Sequence record: PQ871103.1
Reading direction: 5' to 3' (one strand)
DNA length: 64,000 nucleotides
DNA from: Escherichia phage vB_Eco_ZCEC15
Shown piece after piece: positions 58,549 to 64,000 of the stretch (positions within the stretch are counted from its first letter, which is position 1; each line of letters begins with the position of its first letter). The notes beneath the pieces are model-generated. The model had not been told where the DNA came from, did no database searches, and was given only the letters and a program-made list of their open reading frames with translations. The position numbers and the translations under genes were made by a program.

Positions 58549-58556
58549 TATTTATA
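58549..58556 (-). promoter_or_regulatory. late promoter TATAAATA for gene 4 (minus strand)
   Basis: tatttata on plus strand about 27 nt upstream of gp4 ATG; divergent with the gene-53 promoter. Confidence 0.6.
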
Positions 58557-58569
58557 AACAGGAGGGCCC

Positions 58570-59160
58570 ATGCTCTTTACATTTTTTGATCCGATTGAAT
58601 ATGCGGCCAAAACGGTGAATAAAAACGCGCCGACTATTCCTATGACAGATATTTTTAGAAACTATAAAGACTATTTCAAACGTGCTCTTGCGGGATACCG
58701 CTTACGTACTTATTATATTAAAGGTTCACCACGTCCGGAAGAATTAGCAAATGCTATATATGGAAATCCGCAGTTGTATTGGGTTTTATTGATGTGTAAT
58801 GATAATTATGATCCGTATTATGGATGGATTACTTCGCAAGAAGCTGCTTATCAAGCATCTATACAAAAATACAAAAACGTAGGTGGAGACCAAATAGTAT
58901 ATCATGTGAATGAGAACGGTGAAAAATTTTATAATTTAATATCATACGATGATAATCCATATGTTTGGTATGACAAAGGCGATAAAGCTAGAAAATATCC
59001 TCAATATGAAGGAGCACTTGCTGCTGTTAATACGTATGAAGCTGCTGTTCTTGAAAATGAAAAACTTCGTCAAATAAAAATAATAGCAAAATCAGACATC
59101 AATTCATTTATGAACGACCTTATACGTATAATGGAGAAATCTTATGGAAATGATAAGTAA
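58570..59160 (+). CDS. 53: baseplate wedge protein gp53, 196 aa
   Basis: Length and position as T4 gp53. Confidence 0.9.
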   Translation: MLFTFFDPIEYAAKTVNKNAPTIPMTDIFRNYKDYFKRALAGYRLRTYYIKGSPRPEELANAIYGNPQLYWVLLMCNDNYDPYYGWITSQEAAYQASIQKYKNVGGDQIVYHVNENGEKFYNLISYDDNPYVWYDKGDKARKYPQYEGALAAVNTYEAAVLENEKLRQIKIIAKSDINSFMNDLIRIMEKSYGNDK

Positions 59161-60871
59161 TAACCTTAATTGGTTTGTTGGTGTTGTTGAAGATAGAATG
59201 GACCCATTAAAATTAGGTCGTGTTCGTGTTCGTGTAGTTGGTCTGCATCCACCTCAAAGAGCACAAGGCGATGTAATGGGTATTCCAACTGATAAATTAC
59301 CGTGGATGTCAGTTATTCAACCCATAACTTCCGCAGCAATGTCTGGAATTGGAGGCTCCGTTACTGGTCCGGTAGAAGGAACTAGAGTCTATGGTCATTT
59401 TTTAGACAAATGGAAAACTAACGGAATTGTCCTTGGCACGTATGGTGGAATAGTTCGCGAAAAACCTAATAGACTTGAAGGATTTTCTGATCCGACTGGA
59501 CAGTATCCTAGACGTCTAGGAAATGATACTAACGTATTAAACCAAGGCGGAGAAGTAGGATATGATTCGTCTTCTAATATTATCCAAGATAGCAATCTAG
59601 ACACTGCGATAAATCCCGATGATAGACCGCTATCAGAAATTCCAACTGATGATAATCCAAATATGTCAATGGCTGAAATGCTTCGCCGCGATGAAGGATT
59701 AAGACTAAAAGTTTATTGGGATACTGAAGGATATCCGACAATTGGTATTGGTCATCTTATCATGAAGCAGCCAGTTCGTGATATGACCCAAATTAATAAA
59801 GTTTTATCAAAACAAGTTGGTCGTGAAATTACTGGAAATCCAGGTTCTATTACAATGGAAGAAGCGGTAACTTTATTTGAACGTGATTTGGCTGATATGC
59901 AACGTGACATTAAATCACATTCTAAAGTTGGCCCAGTTTGGCAGGCAGTTAATCGTTCTCGTCAAATGGCATTAGAAAATATGGCATTTCAGATGGGCGT
60001 TGGTGGTGTAGCTAAATTTAACACAATGTTAACTGCTATGTTAGCTGGAGATTGGGAAAAGGCATATAAAGCTGGTCGTGATTCATTGTGGTATCAACAA
60101 ACAAAAGGCCGTGCATCTCGTGTTACCATGATTATTCTTACAGGTAATTTGGAATCATACGGTATTGAAGTGAAAACACCGTCTAGGTCTTTGTCAGCAA
60201 TGGCTGCTACTGTAGCAAAGTCTTCTGATCCAGCTGATCCTCCTATTCCGAATGATTCGAGAATTTTATTTAAAGAACCTGTTTCTTCATATAAAGGTGA
60301 ATATCCGTATGTTCACACAATGGAAACTGAAAGCGGTCATATTCAGGAATTTGATGATACCCCTGGGCAAGAACGATACAGATTAGTTCATCCGACTGGA
60401 ACATATGAGGAAGTATCACCCTCAGGAAGAAGAACAAGAAAAACTGTTGATAATTTGTATGATATAACAAATGCTGATGGTAATTTTTTGGTAGCCGGTG
60501 ATAAAAAGACTAACGTCGGTGGGTCAGAAATTTATTACAATATGGATAATCGTCTCCACCAAATAGATGGAAGCAATACAATATTTGTACGTGGCGATGA
60601 AACTAAGACGGTTGAAGGTAATGGAACTATCTTAGTCAAAGGTAATGTTACTATTGTAGTTGAAGGTAATGCTGACATTACAGTTAAAGGAGATGCTACC
60701 ACTTTAGTTGAAGGAAACCAGACTAATACAGTAAATGGAAATCTTTCTTGGAAAGTTGCTGGGACAGTTGATTGGGACGTTGGTGGTGATTGGACGGAAA
60801 AAATGGCATCTATGAGTTCTATTTCATCTGGTCAATACACAATTGATGGATCGAGGATTGACATTGGCTAA
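59144..60871 (+). CDS. 5: baseplate hub / tail-associated lysozyme gp5, 575 aa
   Basis: Internal lysozyme domain closely resembling gpe; C-terminal VxGxxxV beta-helix repeats. Confidence 0.97.
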   Translation: MEMISNNLNWFVGVVEDRMDPLKLGRVRVRVVGLHPPQRAQGDVMGIPTDKLPWMSVIQPITSAAMSGIGGSVTGPVEGTRVYGHFLDKWKTNGIVLGTYGGIVREKPNRLEGFSDPTGQYPRRLGNDTNVLNQGGEVGYDSSSNIIQDSNLDTAINPDDRPLSEIPTDDNPNMSMAEMLRRDEGLRLKVYWDTEGYPTIGIGHLIMKQPVRDMTQINKVLSKQVGREITGNPGSITMEEAVTLFERDLADMQRDIKSHSKVGPVWQAVNRSRQMALENMAFQMGVGGVAKFNTMLTAMLAGDWEKAYKAGRDSLWYQQTKGRASRVTMIILTGNLESYGIEVKTPSRSLSAMAATVAKSSDPADPPIPNDSRILFKEPVSSYKGEYPYVHTMETESGHIQEFDDTPGQERYRLVHPTGTYEEVSPSGRRTRKTVDNLYDITNADGNFLVAGDKKTNVGGSEIYYNMDNRLHQIDGSNTIFVRGDETKTVEGNGTILVKGNVTIVVEGNADITVKGDATTLVEGNQTNTVNGNLSWKVAGTVDWDVGGDWTEKMASMSSISSGQYTIDGSRIDIG

Positions 60872-60905
60872 TATACTTCCAATGAGCGCTGATTTAGGAG
60901 AATCC

Positions 60906-61400
60906 ATGGAAGGTTCTTCTATCGACGTCACCTTTACCGCTCAATTAGAAACAGGTGAAACGTTAGTATCTATAAATATAACTAGTTACGAAGAAACTCC
61001 TGGGGTTTTAGTAGAAGAAAATCGTTTATATGGAACGTATGAATCTGTGTTTGGATTTGGAAATGATGCGTTGAAATATCGTTTAGATAATGAATTTAAA
61101 ACTGCTGCTTCATGGGAAGACCTTCCAACTGATTCTAATACTCAGTTATATTTATGGAAAGCTCCTCAGAACCTCCAGAAGACATTCACTTACGAAGTAA
61201 CATTAATATATGACTACCAAGAACAAAGTGAATCTGGAGGTTCTGGTAGTAATTCTAGGTCATCTTCTGATACCACTGAACCAACTGATCCTCCAGCTCC
61301 AATAAGAAAAACTCTTGTTAAAAATTACACAAAAACTATAGTTGGAAATTGGAGTCGTTGGGCTAATAAATTGAGAAGCTACGTGTATGAGAGGCAATAA
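60906..61400 (+). CDS. gp5.1-position protein (about 164 aa from ATG at 60906 with GGAG SD)
   Basis: Track ORF 60843..61400 overlaps gp5; internal start preferred. Confidence 0.6.
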   Translation: MEGSSIDVTFTAQLETGETLVSINITSYEETPGVLVEENRLYGTYESVFGFGNDALKYRLDNEFKTAASWEDLPTDSNTQLYLWKAPQNLQKTFTYEVTLIYDYQEQSESGGSGSNSRSSSDTTEPTDPPAPIRKTLVKNYTKTIVGNWSRWANKLRSYVYERQ

Positions 61401-61694
61401 ATGTCAGGATTAAGCTATGATAAGTGTGTTACTGCTGGCCATGAAGCATGGCCTCCAACAGTTGTGAATGCTACACAAAGTAAAGTATTCACTGGAGGAA
61501 TTGCTGTTCTCGTAGCAGGCGATCCAATTACAGAACATACAGAAATTAAAAAGCCATATGAAACACATGGCGGAGTGGCACAACCTAGAACTTCTAAGGT
61601 ATATGTCACTGGAAAGAAAGCTGTTCAAATGGCTGATCCAATATCATGCGGTGATACTGTGGCTCAGGCATCATCTAAAGTATTCATTAAATAG
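61401..61694 (+). CDS. 5.4: gp5.4 PAAR-repeat spike-tip protein, 97 aa
   Basis: Length and position; Gly/Val-rich PAAR-like sequence. Confidence 0.8.
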   Translation: MSGLSYDKCVTAGHEAWPPTVVNATQSKVFTGGIAVLVAGDPITEHTEIKKPYETHGGVAQPRTSKVYVTGKKAVQMADPISCGDTVAQASSKVFIK

Positions 61695-61702
61695 GATTTA
61701 AA

Positions 61703-63685
61703 ATGGCAAATACCCCTGTAAATTATCAATTAACAAGAACAGCAAATGCTATTCCCGAGATATTCGTCGGGGGTACATTTGCTGAAATAAAACAAAACCT
61801 CATTGAATGGCTTAATGGCCAAAATGAATTTTTGGATTATGATTTTGAAGGCTCAAGATTAAACGTTCTGTGTGACCTTTTGGCTTATAATACATTGTAC
61901 ATTCAGCAGTTTGGTAATGCTGCCTTGTATGAAAGCTTTATGCGTACTGCTAATTTACGTAGTTCAGTAGTTCAAGCTGCACAAGATAATGGATATTTAC
62001 CTACTTCAAAATCAGCTGCTCAAACTGAAATTATGCTAACTTGTACAGATGCATTGAATAGAAATTACATTACTATTCCTCGTGGTACTCGCTTTTTAGC
62101 ATATGCAAAGGATACTTCCGTTAATCCTTACAACTTTGTATCTACCGAAGATGTTATTGCTATTCGTGATAAAAATAACCAATATTTTCCACGTTTAAAA
62201 TTGGCCCAGGGGCGTATAGTAAGAACTGAAATCATTTATGATAAATTAACACCTATTATCATTTATGACAAAAATATAGATAGAAACCAAGTTAAACTAT
62301 ATGTCGATGGAGCAGAATGGATTAACTGGACAAGAAAGTCAATGGTTCATGCTGGTTCTACATCAACAATTTACTACATGCGTGAAACTATTGATGGAAA
62401 TACTGAGTTTTATTTTGGTGAAGGCGAGATTTCTGTTAATGCGGCAGAAGGAGCATTGACTGCTAATTATATTGGAGGTCTTAAACCTACCCAGAACTCT
62501 ACGATTGTTATTGAGTACATCAGTACTAACGGTGCAGATGCGAATGGCGCAGTCGGATTTTCATATGCAGATACATTAACAAATATAACTGTCATCAACA
62601 TTAATGAAAATCCAAACGATGACCCAGATTTTGTTGGGGCAGATGGCGGCGGCGATCCAGAAGATATTGAACGTATTCGCGAATTGGGTACTATTAAACG
62701 CGAAACCCAGCAACGCTGCGTAACTGCGACTGACTATGATACATTCGTTTCAGAGAGATTTGGTTCTATTATTCAAGCAGTTCAGACGTTCACTGATTCT
62801 ACTAAACCTGGTTATGCATTTATTGCTGCTAAACCTAAATCAGGACTATATTTAACTACTGTACAGCGCGAAGATATTAAAAATTATCTCAAAGACTATA
62901 ATTTAGCTCCTATTACGCCATCAATTATTTCTCCTAATTACCTTTTTATTAAGACTAATTTAAAAGTCACATATGCTTTAAATAAGCTGCAAGAATCCGA
63001 ACAGTGGCTCGAAGGTCAAATAATTGATAAAATTGATCGTTATTATACCGAAGATGTAGAAATTTTTAACTCATCTTTCGCTAAATCTAAGATGTTGACA
63101 TATGTAGATGATGCAGATCATTCTATCATTGGCTCATCCGCGACAATTCAAATTGTTCGTGAAGTACAAAACTTCTATAAAACGCCTGAAGCAGGTATTA
63201 AATACAATAATCAAATAAAAGACCGTTCTATGGAATCTAATACGTTTTCATTTAATTCTGGACGAAAGGTTGTAAATCCTGATACTGGTTTAGAAGAAGA
63301 TGTATTATATGACGTTCGCATAGTATCAACAGACCGAAATTCTAAAGGAATTGGTAAAGTTATTATTGGTCCATTTGCTTCTGGCGATGTTACAGAAAAT
63401 AAAAACATTCGTCCATATACAGGAAACGATTTTAACAAATTAGCAAATTCTGATGGACGCGACAAATACTATGTTATCGGTGAAATAAATTATCCAGCTG
63501 ATGTGATTTATTGGAATATCGCTAAAATTAATTTAACATCTGAAAAATTTGAAGTTCAGACCATTGAATTATATTCTGACCCAACCGATGATGTTATCTT
63601 TACTCGCGATGGTTCACTGATTGTATTTGAAAATGACTTACGTCCACAATACTTAACTATCGATTTGGAGCCTATATCACAATGA
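61703..63685 (+). CDS. 6: baseplate wedge protein gp6, 660 aa
   Basis: Length and position as T4 gp6. Confidence 0.95.
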   Translation: MANTPVNYQLTRTANAIPEIFVGGTFAEIKQNLIEWLNGQNEFLDYDFEGSRLNVLCDLLAYNTLYIQQFGNAALYESFMRTANLRSSVVQAAQDNGYLPTSKSAAQTEIMLTCTDALNRNYITIPRGTRFLAYAKDTSVNPYNFVSTEDVIAIRDKNNQYFPRLKLAQGRIVRTEIIYDKLTPIIIYDKNIDRNQVKLYVDGAEWINWTRKSMVHAGSTSTIYYMRETIDGNTEFYFGEGEISVNAAEGALTANYIGGLKPTQNSTIVIEYISTNGADANGAVGFSYADTLTNITVININENPNDDPDFVGADGGGDPEDIERIRELGTIKRETQQRCVTATDYDTFVSERFGSIIQAVQTFTDSTKPGYAFIAAKPKSGLYLTTVQREDIKNYLKDYNLAPITPSIISPNYLFIKTNLKVTYALNKLQESEQWLEGQIIDKIDRYYTEDVEIFNSSFAKSKMLTYVDDADHSIIGSSATIQIVREVQNFYKTPEAGIKYNNQIKDRSMESNTFSFNSGRKVVNPDTGLEEDVLYDVRIVSTDRNSKGIGKVIIGPFASGDVTENKNIRPYTGNDFNKLANSDGRDKYYVIGEINYPADVIYWNIAKINLTSEKFEVQTIELYSDPTDDVIFTRDGSLIVFENDLRPQYLTIDLEPISQ

Positions 63686-64000
63686 CAGTAAAAGCACCTT
63701 CAGTCACTAGTCTCAGAATTTCCAAGTTATCCGCAAATCAGGTGCAAGTACGCTGGGATGACGTTGGTGCTAATTTCTACTATTTTGTAGAAATCGCTGA
63801 GACAAAGACAGACTCGGGGGAAAATCTCCCGAGTAATCAATATAGATGGATTAACTTAGGATATACTGCAAATAACAGCTTCTTTTTTGACGATGCTGAC
63901 CCATTGACATCATACATTATTAGAGTAGCTACAGCTGCACAAGATTTTGAGCAGTCTGATTGGATTTATACCGAAGAGTTTGAAACTTTTGCTACAAATG
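63682..64000 (+). CDS. 7: baseplate wedge protein gp7, N-terminal part (continues beyond window end)
   Basis: ATGA overlap with gp6 stop; N-terminus MTVKAPSVTSLRISKL. Confidence 0.85.
   Translation, partial: MTVKAPSVTSLRISKLSANQVQVRWDDVGANFYYFVEIAETKTDSGENLPSNQYRWINLGYTANNSFFFDDADPLTSYIIRVATAAQDFEQSDWIYTEEFETFATN

Overview
This window is a 64-kb segment of a T4-like (T-even, Tevenvirinae) myovirus genome, colinear with phage T4 from the start of primase gene 61 to the start of baseplate gene 7. Almost everything from 1 to 58522 is on the minus strand: 61/dmd/41/40/uvsX, a glycosyltransferase, 42, imm, 43, regA, 62, 44, 45, rpbA, 46, 47, a-gt, 55, nrdH/nrdG/nrdD, 49, nrdC, a long run of small accessory ORFs, rI, tk, vs, regB, denV, e, nudE, eight tRNAs plus segB, internal-protein-like genes, 57B/57A, 1, 3, 2 and 4. 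From 58570 the late baseplate genes 53, 5, 5.1, 5.4, 6 and 7 run on the plus strand. Protein identities were recognised by reading the supplied translations against remembered T4 sequences; no database search was run, and T4 gene lengths quoted are from memory. The phage is not T4 itself. It differs by a GT-A-type glycosyltransferase at the beta-gt locus, extra GIY-YIG and HNH homing-endonuclease genes, an uninterrupted nrdD, no ipII/ipIII between denV and e, and a hypervariable cassette region (about 33.9-39.6 kb). The best candidate for an undescribed system is in that region: a Pol-beta-type nucleotidyltransferase, a small DUF4031-like protein and a P-loop ATPase with adjacent membrane proteins, bounded by repeated early-promoter/stem-loop modules. 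Other points worth a second look are tandem paralogue arrays, a frameshift-split gene, a host-like GrcA gene, a macro-domain gene, likely anti-CBASS genes (57B/Acb1, vs.4/Acb2-like) and repeated UUCG-tetraloop hairpins.
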